The translations under genes were made by a program, and so were the position numbers. A stretch of 64,000 nucleotides of DNA from Hormiphora californensis (lineage: Eukaryota > Animalia > Ctenophora): assembly GCA_020137815.1 (NCBI GenBank), contig CM035355.1:806001-870000 (forward strand), written 5' to 3'. The notes beneath the pieces were generated by a model, which was given only the letters and a program-made list of their open reading frames with translations, searched no databases and was not told the origin of the DNA. Below, one piece after another: positions 13,301 to 24,500 of this stretch. Positions within the stretch are counted from its first letter, which is position 1. Each line of letters begins with the position of its first letter.

Positions 13301-13968
13301 AACTATGCAGCCAATTAGAATGGTTAACCGGGATCCTATTTTCTTCTCTAACAGCCCTCCAAAGTACATAGAGGACCCCTGACCAACCACCATCAATGTA
13401 AATATCCATTGTGTGTTCTGAAAGGAGTGATTTGCATAGCTTGAGGTGTTGTGTGTAACAATATGACGGAGCACACCACTGTGATATGGATTTATCAGGT
13501 TTATCAAGGGGGATAAACAGTTGAACCACTGACAGAAACAACATCAATTAGACCAACACAAGGAGGGACGCTATGTGAATCATAGAGTCCCCTCCCCATA
13601 CACAGTTTGGTGACGTTGTCTCTCTAGAGAGGTGACGGTGCCACCAAATACCCCACCTCTACCCAACCTGTACAGGCCAGTACTTACTGTATAAGTGATA
13701 GTTGTAAAGCTTGTCCGGTACTTCAGATACGATACAACGTAGCTACTGATGTTACCTGGAACAAGAGGGGGGTAGCATTAGAACAAGTATTAATTATTAA
13801 TATTTGCTGTGACAATTTCGGGGAAGTATGACAGTATGCCAGTATGTTGTATGTATTCGCAAATTTCTACATAATATCATACCAACCGAAGCAGTAAAGT
13901 ACTCCTAGAGTAAGATGAATAAGACAGGCACCAATCAAAACTAATATCCCACGCCATGTCCTATTCAT
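10385..13968 (-). CDS. Major facilitator superfamily transporter (OxlT/monocarboxylate-transporter-like), multi-exon
   Basis: ATG 13968 gives MNRTWRGILVLIGACLIHLTLGVLYCFG. Later exons give GGLLEKKIGSRLTILIG, TYGLIFGFGIGLAYST and WLPAIKGVVAGCVVAGFGMGATVF. Last exon ends ...KYRPLRNE* at 10385. Some internal exon boundaries are approximate. Confidence 0.8.
12627..13000. repeat. Intronic minisatellite (~38-45 bp unit, ~9 copies)
   Basis: Repeated GGTAACCACTGGGAGATGGGGTATTATTGGGTGA(AGG/GGGGTTACG). The first unit overlaps an MFS exon 3' splice site. Confidence 0.9.
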
Positions 13969-14100
13969 AGCTAGAGAGGGAGAGAGCTGTGTGTTATATT
14001 ACAGGAGAAATAAGGGACAAATTAGACAGATGGACAAACGGGCAGGAATTGCACTGTGAGTATCGACAGGGGTTGGGCGTTGGTATACGAAGCATATGCC

Positions 14101-14488
14101 TTGTTATGTTCTAACCCTTCTTTACATTTTCGGGGCACGGTGAGACATGGTCACTGGGTTGAACAAGGCAAGCATATGCCATGGTGAAGAAAAAGACATA
14201 ATATAACAAAGACAAACAATACATAGAGTAGTCTCAAGAGGAACAAGCACTGGTATACACTCTACAAGTTACATACAATATACATTGAACTAGTCAACAT
14301 TTAGTTGACAATTTATTCAATTATAGGATGACTGTTGCATGTCAGAGCATTGGCCTGACCGCGTGAGAACTGTGGTCAGAGCATTGGCCTGACAAACTGT
14401 TTCACCCCCTCTCTCCTTGTTGAGTACTCAACAACTCTCTCCGGCCTCCGCGAGAGTAAATGTAAAGGAGGGTTAGAACAAAACAACG
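14101..14488. mobile_element. Probable MITE with ~29-bp imperfect TIRs
   Basis: TTGTTATGTTCTAACCCTTCTTTACATTT (14101) vs AAATGTAAAGGAGGGTTAGAACAAAACAA (ends ~14488). The same terminal motif recurs at ~10609-10638 and ~11224-11255. TSD not identified. Confidence 0.55.
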
Positions 14489-16410
14489 AAACAGCACCTC
14501 AATTGTTGAATATCGTTACTTGCTCACTCTTATCCTAGATACTATCTAATATAGAACCTGCCCCTCGCTCATTCTTATCCTGCCCCTTCACATGTATTTC
14601 CCTTCTTGAAACTTTATGCCGAGATCTCCCCTGCCACAAATACCCGTAATGAGTGAGGGAGGGGTTATTTCGTAACCAAGATGAGTGGATGACATGGGAA
14701 CTCTAATAGACAGACCAAGGAGAGCGGAACATGATGTTTCAGGTTCCTATCATGTCCCAAACAAACAAATTCCAGTGAATTGAGACAAGGAGTTTAAGAA
14801 AATAACGTTTGTGATAAAGAACATGTGACCCAAGCCCGACCCAAGTGCATATTATATCAGGTTACGGCTTGAATTCGTCTTGATAACACATGTTGTAGAC
14901 ACTTTTGTTCGCTTTTGAGGTAGTTTCTAACGTCAAAATACCGCTATTAGAGGACTAACGAACATTATACGAATATCGGAGAGGAAGGAAGATGATGAAA
15001 TTACGCAATGCCTCTCAATCCCCTCCCCTTCTCTCTCAATCCTCCCTCTCATCGATATGTTACAATAGATTTCGCACCATAGTGCTAAAGAGGAGGCATG
15101 GCTATCATGCTATTGGCTAATGAAGAAAGAAAGAGGGGAATGATCAGTGATTGAGATTTGAGTTTTGACATTCAAAGACCAGTAGAGACGGAATTTGGGT
15201 CAGAATCCTATTATAAACATACAGGGTCACGTTTCTATATGGACACTGTATCCTCCAAATTGTCTTTCATTGTACCACAGCAGCTGCATGCATTGGCAGC
15301 AATCTTCCACGCATGTCACACACAGGAACATCGAACCTACGAGACGTTTTGAGGGAATGCGCTCGCGAGACGCACCCAGCTGCTGACATTAACACGAAAA
15401 GTTCGTTTGGCGTCCGCGCGCAGAAACTTATTGCCACAATGTCACACTAACGGTCGATAGTACACAACTGTAAATCCTGCTTGCCACACATAATTTCACA
15501 CCGGTGTGTCCCTTCCCTTTGGAGGAGGAGGAGGACTAGATGGATCCTGCCAGTTTCCTGAGAGGATCTGCTGAAACTTCTCCCGCTGTTCTTTCTGGGG
15601 CCGAAGGGTGTAGAGGGCGAACAATCCACACATGATTAGAAATATCGTGTACCGTCTTTTGAACGTATCTGAAAAGGAGATAGAAATATAAATTTAACAA
15701 AACTCATATTTATTGGTAAAGTTAATGTCTATAATAAGATCCTCATATTATTAATTTACCCATGGCAGAGCGGCGTTTTTTGTAGCTTTGAAGCCGGGGT
15801 AATGTTTCCTCAAGAGTTAACCACCGTCCCGGTGTATGGGTAAAAGGTAACTCTAGGTTACCATCAGCGTTATCCTTAGTAGACAGAAAACGTCCCTGGC
15901 AGAGGCTACCCGATATCCTAGGGAATTAGGATATTTATTGAGAGATGTACAAACCTAGATATACTGCAATCGAGGTTAGGCAAATCGAGGTTTGATTATC
16001 CCATCAAATGAGCAATTAACTCTTTTCTCACACTCACCGTGATGAGATCTGCACTGGTGAGCGGGTGAAAATTAATCGTAACATTTTATTGGTGCCACAT
16101 TAACTAAGAAAAACAGGGGGGTTTTCAGGGTTTGTGTGCTTGGAAATACACACAAAGAATGTACAAGGTTTATACACAACTTAACAACACGAAAAATAAA
16201 TCTGTACAATATAATATGTGAACTGTGCAGGATAAAAAGACTGTACACAACAAAACACATGCTCTGACTGGCTCTGATCTCTCTTATATATCACACCTCT
16301 TATCATCACACTTCTGACCTCTCTGAAAAATATACATTTCGTCTCTTTCAATTACGAAATTATCGCTCCAAACCCCTCCTAAACCCCTTAGTTCTGTCTA
16401 GTGTCCCCCC

Positions 16411-17742
16411 TCATGATCCATTTCTCATTGTCTTGGCGATCAGTTTGCATGTGTCTTTGTGTTTCTTCCAGTGTCCAACCTGGCACTCTCTCCCACAATA
16501 CCAGGAGGTCTGACAGCCAGAACACCTCTTAGCCGCTAACTCTCCACAGGCCTCACATCGTGGTGGCTCAGATATCAAATCTGACATCACATCCAGATCA
16601 TAGGTCTTAGCAAACTTGTCCGCTTGTTTCTTCAACCGATCTTTACTCATACAGAAGATTTCTTTGTGATGTTTTGCTGCTATTTCGGCCCACTTTCCAG
16701 CGCATTTTGCCTCTAGTGCGGTATAAAACTCCGGGACCTGTTCCAGGATTAGGGGAGGTCGGGAGGTGGGGGCTGATATCAGTGTCAGTTCCTCTAGGTA
16801 CCGCTGTAATGTCACCAGAGCGGGTAGAGCGTCTAGTATGACAGGATTGAAATGTGATCTTAGTTTCAGGATGGCAGATTGGTTGGCTGAGTTCAGTTGG
16901 TAGTTAGGTTGGCAGTGTTCCGAGAGAAGGAATTTTAACATTCCAATCCAGACTTGGCCCTCCAGTTTACTGAGCTGCCGAACATCATCGTGAGAACATT
17001 TCTCCCACCTCTGTGTATCATACTTCAACCACTGTCCCCCATCCTCCCTCACTCTCCAGGGTGGGTTGTCAATCAACCCCGCGAACAGGGCCGGGAAATC
17101 GTAGGTATTGAGTAGTCGAGTTGTAACCCCTAGAGATACATCCTTGGAGTGCTCAGCTACATATCGGACAATAGCAATACACTTTAGGGCCACATCATAA
17201 CTGATCTTCTTGTGACGTTTGATCAGCTCCTCACGAGCACTCTCAACTTTAGTTGTCTCAACAGATATCTTGTGCCAGTCCTCATCCCCGCTCACCAGCC
17301 ACACTAACTTCCCCTGACAGTACTGCAGTAGATCATGTAGTGAGTCACCAGCCGCCTCATTACACTCACTATGGTACAGTAACACCTCCAACAATCCCAC
17401 TAGCTGGGCCTCGTAGAACATTATCACATAGGCTGGGAAGGAGGTTTCAGCATTGAAATCCGTATCAAATATCTTGGGGAGGACATTCCGTTTCCACAGG
17501 TCAAGTGCGACTAGTTCGTGGATTAGGAGTGGTAACTTCTCATGGGTCATAAGCAGCTCCTTGATGTTCTCCTCCACATTATTAGTAGCATCAACTACAG
17601 CCTGGATATTTAGTTTCTCGACATGCTCTCTCTGGGCATCCCATTTCTCAGATCCTATGTCACGGACAGAGAAAGTTCGGAGGGCCTCAATGTATGCTTC
17701 AGCCTCGTTGTGGTAGAGAACTGATTGGACTGGCTCTGACAT
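16411..17742 (-). CDS. ZMYND10: Zinc finger MYND domain protein 10 (axonemal dynein assembly factor), single coding exon, 443 aa
   Basis: N-terminus EAEAYIEALRTFSVRDIGSEKW...EKLNIQA, then LIHEL...WK and KLEGQVW, with a C-terminal MYND finger CEACG...KRCSGCQTSWYCGRECQVGHWKKHKDTC. Confidence 0.95.
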   Translation of the reverse strand: MSEPVQSVLYHNEAEAYIEALRTFSVRDIGSEKWDAQREHVEKLNIQAVVDATNNVEENIKELLMTHEKLPLLIHELVALDLWKRNVLPKIFDTDFNAETSFPAYVIMFYEAQLVGLLEVLLYHSECNEAAGDSLHDLLQYCQGKLVWLVSGDEDWHKISVETTKVESAREELIKRHKKISYDVALKCIAIVRYVAEHSKDVSLGVTTRLLNTYDFPALFAGLIDNPPWRVREDGGQWLKYDTQRWEKCSHDDVRQLSKLEGQVWIGMLKFLLSEHCQPNYQLNSANQSAILKLRSHFNPVILDALPALVTLQRYLEELTLISAPTSRPPLILEQVPEFYTALEAKCAGKWAEIAAKHHKEIFCMSKDRLKKQADKFAKTYDLDVMSDLISEPPRCEACGELAAKRCSGCQTSWYCGRECQVGHWKKHKDTCKLIAKTMRNGS

Positions 17743-18079
17743 GGCGCTGGAATGGAAGGTGTGGTTAGTGGCTGAGGGGGTTAGGGATTAGGGAATCAGG
17801 GGGTTAGGAAGGTGTGTGTTTAGTATTACAAGTAGAGAATGTGACCGGAAAGAGAGGAACTGAACAGGGGGGGGGGGTAGAACTGTATCAACCACAGCGG
17901 AAGAAAAACACAGTTCTTGATGATAAGCATGTGATATATTACGTGAGATAAACAATACTATAACACAACACTGTACAAAACAATAAATACATAACTTAGA
18001 CTCTGATCACGTGTAAATAAAATTAGAATGCTCTTCATAATAAAAACTGTCAACTCATTCTGCTAGAATTCTTCACATG

Positions 18080-18093
18080 GTTGTCATGGTAAC
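18080..18093. promoter_or_regulatory. Candidate RFX X-box upstream of ZMYND10
   Basis: GTTGTCATGGTAAC fits the X-box consensus and lies ~340 bp upstream of the ATG, next to TGACGTCA (18101-18108). An identical 14-mer lies at 21507-21520. Confidence 0.45.
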
Positions 18094-18113
18094 AACCCTG
18101 TGACGTCACACCC

Positions 18114-19931
18114 TCATGACGTCATCATGTCCTTCTCAGGTTGGCACAAGTCCAATTTGGGGATATACTGGGGAACATCACACAACTGAGTTTGAAGCAG
18201 CTCAATCTCTTTAGCCATTACAGTCCGTTCTCTCAGTAGGTTATTCTTATTCTGAACCACACTGTAAAGCTCTTCAGCCGTTTTGATGATATGAGATTCA
18301 GCCAACTTTAAACTTTTCGTCATCTTTTTCTCGTTCTCCCGAAGTGTCTTGGTTTTCTGTGACACCGAACCCAATTTCTTTTCCACCGATTGGTATTTCT
18401 GGGTGAGAATAGTGTGTTCCTTTCGGAGAGTGTTCAGTTCCTGATTCATTGCGGTGGAAGATTCCTCAAACTGTTTCGTGGATTCACAGTGTGCATTCCT
18501 CCATTTGGTAGCCAGATTCTGCTGTTGAGACAAGAGAAGTTGCAATTGGGATACAGTCTCACTGTGTCTTGCCCGACACTCCTCCAACTCAGCTTTTGCA
18601 GTTGCCTGGGTCTGACTAGACACCAACTTGAGATGTTCAATGGTCAGAGAATTAGTTTTCTCCAGTGACACTTTGTCATTAATTGTTTTGTTCATTGCGA
18701 TCTTCAAGTTGGCGACCTCATCATTTAGAGTTGCTGTGTCCAGTGTTAACTTCCTCACAGTTTCTTCACTAGATGTTAACCTCCCCTTACATCGTGTCAA
18801 CTCTCCCTGGAGTTGAGTTACCTCCCTCTGTCGATCGTGTAACTCCAACTGAACACTATTCTTGTTCAGTGCCACTGCGTTGATAGCATCATCCCGCTCC
18901 CCCAGTGCTGCCCGCAGTTGATCCCGGAGTTGTTGGGAAGTCTTATCGACCACCTCTAGACTGGTGAGACCTTGTTCCCGGTACCGCTCAACAGTTCTAA
19001 TTAGATCAGCCCTCTCACGATCACCCGCATCAAGTTGTAGTTGTGCCCTCTGTATCTCATTCTGTGCAGTGGTTAGTTCCCGTTCCTTCTCTCGTAGATT
19101 CTCCCTGACCTCAGCCATGGCCTCATCGTGAGATTGTTGGAGTTCAGCCTTCGCTTGGGTGACCTGCACCGAGTGTCGCTCTCTAACTCTGTTCAGCTCA
19201 TCAGTTGATCGCTTTAGTTTGATCTCCAGGCTCTCTTGGTCCGATCGAGCTCTGTCCACCATCTCTACACTCTTTTTCACTTTCCCCATCGCTTCCTCCT
19301 CCCTCCCTCTCATCACTTCCACGAGACTTTGTAAACTCATCAGTGCTGTCTCCATCTCCTCCCTCTCCTGCTCCCACTTGCTATCCGGGCTGGGCTCTGC
19401 TGATTTGTTGTGAACGGGCGGCATGTGTTTATAGTCATCCACTTGTTGTTCTGCGTCCCTGAGTTCCGCTCGGAGAAGGGACACTTGTCGTTGTAGGGCA
19501 CTCACCTGCTGTTCGTATACACCCCTTTGATCGAGTAGATGTTGTAGGAGGGAGGAGTGAGCGGCACCCACTGGACCACCTAACAACTCCCCTCCCCCGG
19601 TATCCTCCCCCAGATCCGTGACATCCAAACTGATGTGTTGTTCCAACTCCTTGTGTAGTGCCTGGTTCTGTCCCACCAATACCTCACATCTGTCCCTCAG
19701 GGCTGCAAGAGACTCCTTGTAACACGTGACCTGTCTCTGGAGATGGTTTACTAGCTCCTCGTGCTGATCCACAACAGAGGACACCTCATTCTCTAGAGTT
19801 GCTATGTTCGGGGTACCGGGCTGGTGGACGGGGACACGGCCCGGTTTAGCGGTGTCTGACAGGAGGGTGGAATTGAGGGATTGTCTGATATCAGCCAGAC
19901 TGTCCGCTATCTTACGACTTCGCTTTTCCAT
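18114..19931 (-). CDS. Long coiled-coil protein, SDCCAG8/CCCAP-like (centrosome/cilium), 605 aa
   Basis: Single ORF with heptad periodicity. Segments HLQRQVTCYKESL...VLVGQNQAL and REEEAMGKVKKSVEM resemble SDCCAG8 from memory; orthology unconfirmed. Confidence 0.65.
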   Translation of the reverse strand: MEKRSRKIADSLADIRQSLNSTLLSDTAKPGRVPVHQPGTPNIATLENEVSSVVDQHEELVNHLQRQVTCYKESLAALRDRCEVLVGQNQALHKELEQHISLDVTDLGEDTGGGELLGGPVGAAHSSLLQHLLDQRGVYEQQVSALQRQVSLLRAELRDAEQQVDDYKHMPPVHNKSAEPSPDSKWEQEREEMETALMSLQSLVEVMRGREEEAMGKVKKSVEMVDRARSDQESLEIKLKRSTDELNRVRERHSVQVTQAKAELQQSHDEAMAEVRENLREKERELTTAQNEIQRAQLQLDAGDRERADLIRTVERYREQGLTSLEVVDKTSQQLRDQLRAALGERDDAINAVALNKNSVQLELHDRQREVTQLQGELTRCKGRLTSSEETVRKLTLDTATLNDEVANLKIAMNKTINDKVSLEKTNSLTIEHLKLVSSQTQATAKAELEECRARHSETVSQLQLLLSQQQNLATKWRNAHCESTKQFEESSTAMNQELNTLRKEHTILTQKYQSVEKKLGSVSQKTKTLRENEKKMTKSLKLAESHIIKTAEELYSVVQNKNNLLRERTVMAKEIELLQTQLCDVPQYIPKLDLCQPEKDMMTS

Positions 19932-20347
19932 TACAGCCTAGATGGGGGATGGTGGGATTTTATTTTATAGTGTCATTTACAAAAGAGTTAAAAATAGAAA
20001 GAGTAAGATTTGACGGGCCCATGATTGGATTGAATCGAAGAATAGAACATTTAGTAACAAATGAGAGACCGAAGGGGGAGGGATAATGAGGGAGGGGTCC
20101 AGGATAATTAGTACCGCCCCCAGCTGAACGAATCAAAGAGAGAGAAACAGCTTGATTAATTACCATTTGTAAAATCAGTACACAAACACACAGTACACAA
20201 AACTAAGAATGTTTAGAAACCAATTGTCAACCAAAATGTATTAATTAAACCAATTGAGAACCAGCATCTGAGATTTGGCACACGCTTGATATCATCTCGT
20301 GTGAAGATAGTACTTGAACAACTGTATAAACAGTAGTGCGTGCTTTC

Positions 20348-21137
20348 GGGGGGGTTCCGGCCGGAATTTATGAGGATTTTTGAGGTCACCTCAAAAATCC
20401 TCATTTATTATTTGCTGGACAAGCCCTCAAAAATCCTCAAAAATCCTCAAAAATTTTTCGTTCTATTTAAACATATATAAAGATTATATTTTAGAGGTAT
20501 AAAATGCACTGATTATCAATTCAAGAGCTCTTGTCTGTGCTCTTTGGCTTCCCACACTTGAAGCACTGCTTTCTTTTAGCAAAGTTATTAACTTCACATG
20601 CTTGACAAGACCCCGGTGCCCAGATTTTCAAAATTTTAGATAAATACGATTTTCAGTCAAATATGCGGCCAACTTTGTCCCAAAAATCAACGATTTTGCT
20701 GCCTAGTAAGATAAATGTCTAGAAAATTTTTAGAAATCATTTATAAAGTTTTCAAAATTTAAAAAAAAGTGTCCCCACCCGGGCCCGGTTGGGAATCGAA
20801 CCCGGGCCTTACGCGTCAGAGTGGAGGCAGCACAAATTTACCCCATATTTACATTGACGATTTCGCCTCATTTTGAGGAATTTTGAGGATGTTTTTAGGG
20901 CCATCACCAAGGTATCTGGGAAAATTGTCTAACTGTTTTACTCCTATTAAGGAATGTGTATGCCCAATAATATGCGTAATCGTCAAAATTTTTGTAAAAA
21001 CTATAAAATAATTGTTGAGGATTATTGAGGATTATTGAGGATTATTGAGGATTTTTGAGGATTTTTGAGGGCCCTCATTAATTCGAAAAACGCTGGACAA
21101 GACCTCATCCTCATTAATTATTGGCCGGCACCCCCCC
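20348..21137. mobile_element. MITE with 9-bp TSD and G7/C7 termini (Mutator-like)
   Basis: Ends GGGGGGGTTCCGGCC / GGCCGGCACCCCCCC. TSD CGTGCTTTC at 20339-20347 and 21138-21146. Subterminal GAGGATT(A/T)TT decamer arrays in both orientations. Confidence 0.8.
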
Positions 21138-21553
21138 CGTGCTTTCTTCAATAAATGAAGGCAATGATTTTGTCCGATAAACAATTAAAAATGTGACGTT
21201 ATCCAAAAAATGTGTGCGTAAAAACTTTTAATTAACCAATAGTAAATAATCAAGTAATAATGGCGGGGGGTAATGGATTGTGTGTTTAGTTGATTCGCGT
21301 ATGTTCATGCCAAATTAAATTCCCTGATCGTTTTTTATGAAAACCCTCAAAAGTTAACAGACAAATATGAACAATAAATAATAAACTAATCTCCTCTCTC
21401 TGCAATACTATACGCTCTGTTAATAGCCCTCTCAGCTCACTGTTAAATATATCTATAATAACCTCTCTCTCTAACGACATTCAAGCCCATCAACATGTAA
21501 CGAGTGGTTGTCATGGTAACCATGGTCCAATAATTCCGTAACACCCTGTTACA

Positions 21554-24500
21554 CTACACACTCTTGATCTTCTGGGCTATCTTCTCAGCCACTGCAACCA
21601 GAACACCAGTGTAGTCCCCGGAGATAGTGTTGGGGAAGATACTACTGTCAACCACACGGAGACCCTCCACACCAATCACTTTCAGCTCATCAGTTACCAC
21701 CTAGGAGGTTGTTATGTATTGAAAAGGGGGATACAAAATCAGGTTACTTATTACTTATCGCTCGCGCTCGATGGAAAATTGTTATTATTCAAGAAAGGAG
21801 TAGCTACGTAACCGGTAACTCCCTCTTTACAAGTATTATAAAGGGGTATTGAATAGTGTACGGCTGTCGACTATCCCCTCAAAGTCTACACACTCCAAAC
21901 TAGGGAGGGGCTGTAGGGATCTTGGCATCCCTATCTTACCTTTCCAATGGCACAAGTTCCACTAGGGTGGCCGGCAGTAAAAGCAAACTGTTTGATAGTC
22001 TGAATCCAGGCGTCATCTGTGTCAGACTTGGACTGGGGTCCGGGAAGGGGGACCTCCTCTCCCACCAGAGCAGCCATGGCTTTAGTACCCACCAACTTCT
22101 GTACATACCTGGAGAGAGAGAGGAGAATAGTTGGAAGAACAAACCGAACCAAGTATGGAAGTTTACAAGTTAATTGTGCACGATTGGCTCACAGATTCCT
22201 CCCTTCCCATTATGTCATTAGCCATCCCAAAAGGTCTACTAAACAAGTACCTGACACCGGAGAGAAGGCTCTTCAGATCAGCCTCACTGGACAAATACTG
22301 GGGGTCGACAATGGGGGGATCGTGGATACCTACACCCCTCAATCTGACCTCCCCAGTACTCTTGGGATGCAGGAGGGTGGGAATGAAGGTGAACCCTTCT
22401 GTGTTGGAGTCGTATAGTCCTGCGTTAAAGAGATCCTCTAGCTCGTACTTGATTCCTAGAATCTCAGCCTGGTTGAGGGATAGTGTAATGTACAAAATAC
22501 CCCGAGAAAAGGATAAATAGTATCCATAGTAATGGTAACCATAGCCTAGCTATGGTAACCATGGTAACATGACGTACCTGGTTAGGCAGGGCCACAGCTC
22601 TCAGCATGTTCACATTAATATTTGGCTTCTTTCCTCCATTTTCAGTGTCTACAAACACAGTAGTCTGACTCTGAAGTGTCTCAGACCACGGCCCACTTTT
22701 CTTGAAGTAGTATTCGAGGAAACTCCGTGCGCTTGTCACTTTGTCCATTGTCACAGACACTTTGTCCTCAGTTTTGTATCGCATCCATAACTTTAGGGGG
22801 TCCTTTAGTCCTTTACCAACGGGCAGAGTGGAGACTGACTGGATCTGTGGGAGAGTTGAAAAGTGGTAATTATATCCATTATTTGTAACCAAGAGTCCTG
22901 AATGAGGTTTGTTGTAAAGATTTAAACTTATTGGTACCTTATGTTTCTTGAGTTCCTCTTCAGGTCCAATACCACTGAGCATCAACAGTTTGGGGGTCTC
23001 AATGGCACCTCCTGTCAGTATTATCTCTTTCCTGGCCCTAACTGCCTTATTGACTCCATCCTGAGAGAATACAGTTTGGAAATATATCTTCTATTGGCAT
23101 GGTGTGTGTTTATTGCATGTTGAATATGAAGCTGCTGATCAACCAATACGCCTTTCAAACTATCTTATTGTCTTTTCTTCTTCTCCCTCTCTTTCTATCT
23201 CTCTCGCTCTCTCTTCCCTTCTTACCTCATTGTACACAACTTGTGTAGCTCGATTTCCCGAGAACAGAATCTTGCTTGCTACAGAGTTGGTGGTTATGTG
23301 CACCTTGTATCGGCGATTGACGGCAGGCTCTAAAAATGCCCGAGCAGCTGACCACCGCTCACCCTTCTCCATCATGAAAAGGTTCTGAGAGACTCCTACC
23401 TGTTCCCGTGAGGTGTAGTCAACCTGAAAGAGAGATGTGTGTGATACCTGGGGTTGGAAAGGAATATTAGGTTGTCCCAGAAAGAATGTCGTGTCCCGTT
23501 TTCTCGAAGTTGGCCCATCGATTTCGATTTAAAACTTTTCTAGCTCGTTCATTTAACCCTTGACTCTATGAAACAAGTGTCTATTTTGAAAAAATTGATT
23601 TTCGACGCACCCTGGCGAACCCGGAAACAAGCGAGCTAAAATTTCCGCTGAACGAGAAATATGCGCATGTTGAAAACACTGCTGTACTTTTTCCTGTGAG
23701 TGTCTGTAAGATATTACACTACCCCAAGCTTGTTTATTGGACAATTCTCTATCGTTTGAGTGGTGGATGAAGACACAGGTCAGAATTGTTGCTGAGCTAT
23801 GGAGCTCTAAAAATTTTTGGTCAAAATCTGAAATTTCCACTTCCGGGCCACTTCTGAGTTCATTCGATTGGTGTATTGACATTCTTTTTGCAGCTTTGAA
23901 TAGTCCCGACTAAGCTTTTAGTCATAGCGATGTTGGCGATTTGATTTGGTAATGTTTGAAGATGAAATTTGGAAGTTTTTGAAAGTAGCCTAAAAACAGG
24001 TCAAAAACAGGGGTTAAATTTTTGATTTTTTCGCTTTTGCACAGTATATTAGCTTTGTCTGACGCTTCCACAGGTTGCGTCGAGACTAAAATCGCATAGG
24101 TTCCTTAACTTTGGACAATTTGCTATCGTTTGGTGCCATTTGGAGTTCTAAAAGCTCAAAGGGCATTATTTCAGAGACGTTTTAAGAATTGGAAAACCTC
24201 CGTTCAGCGGCACCTCGACTTTGGGTTTCAAAATACCGAATTACAAACGGATGAAATGAGCATTTGAAATTTTGGACACGTTCCTGAGTTAGGAATCGCC
24301 ATATTGACAAGATAGAACTGGTTAGAAGTCTCTAACCCATGTATTTCTCCTAAAAATCGGTACACGACATTCTTTCTGGGACAACCTAATATTATATGCG
24401 AGGCAGTAGACTGTATTATAAGGAAGTTGTATGGCCATAACTCAATATCACCCACCTGTTTCAGACCGAGCTCATGGGCAGCTGCACTGAACGCTGAAGA

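Noticed and set aside
15430-15900. Small coding gene between MFS and ZMYND10
   Set aside because: Splice-like signals exist but the 60-aa ORF has no recognisable motif; more likely non-coding 5' exons of the MFS gene.
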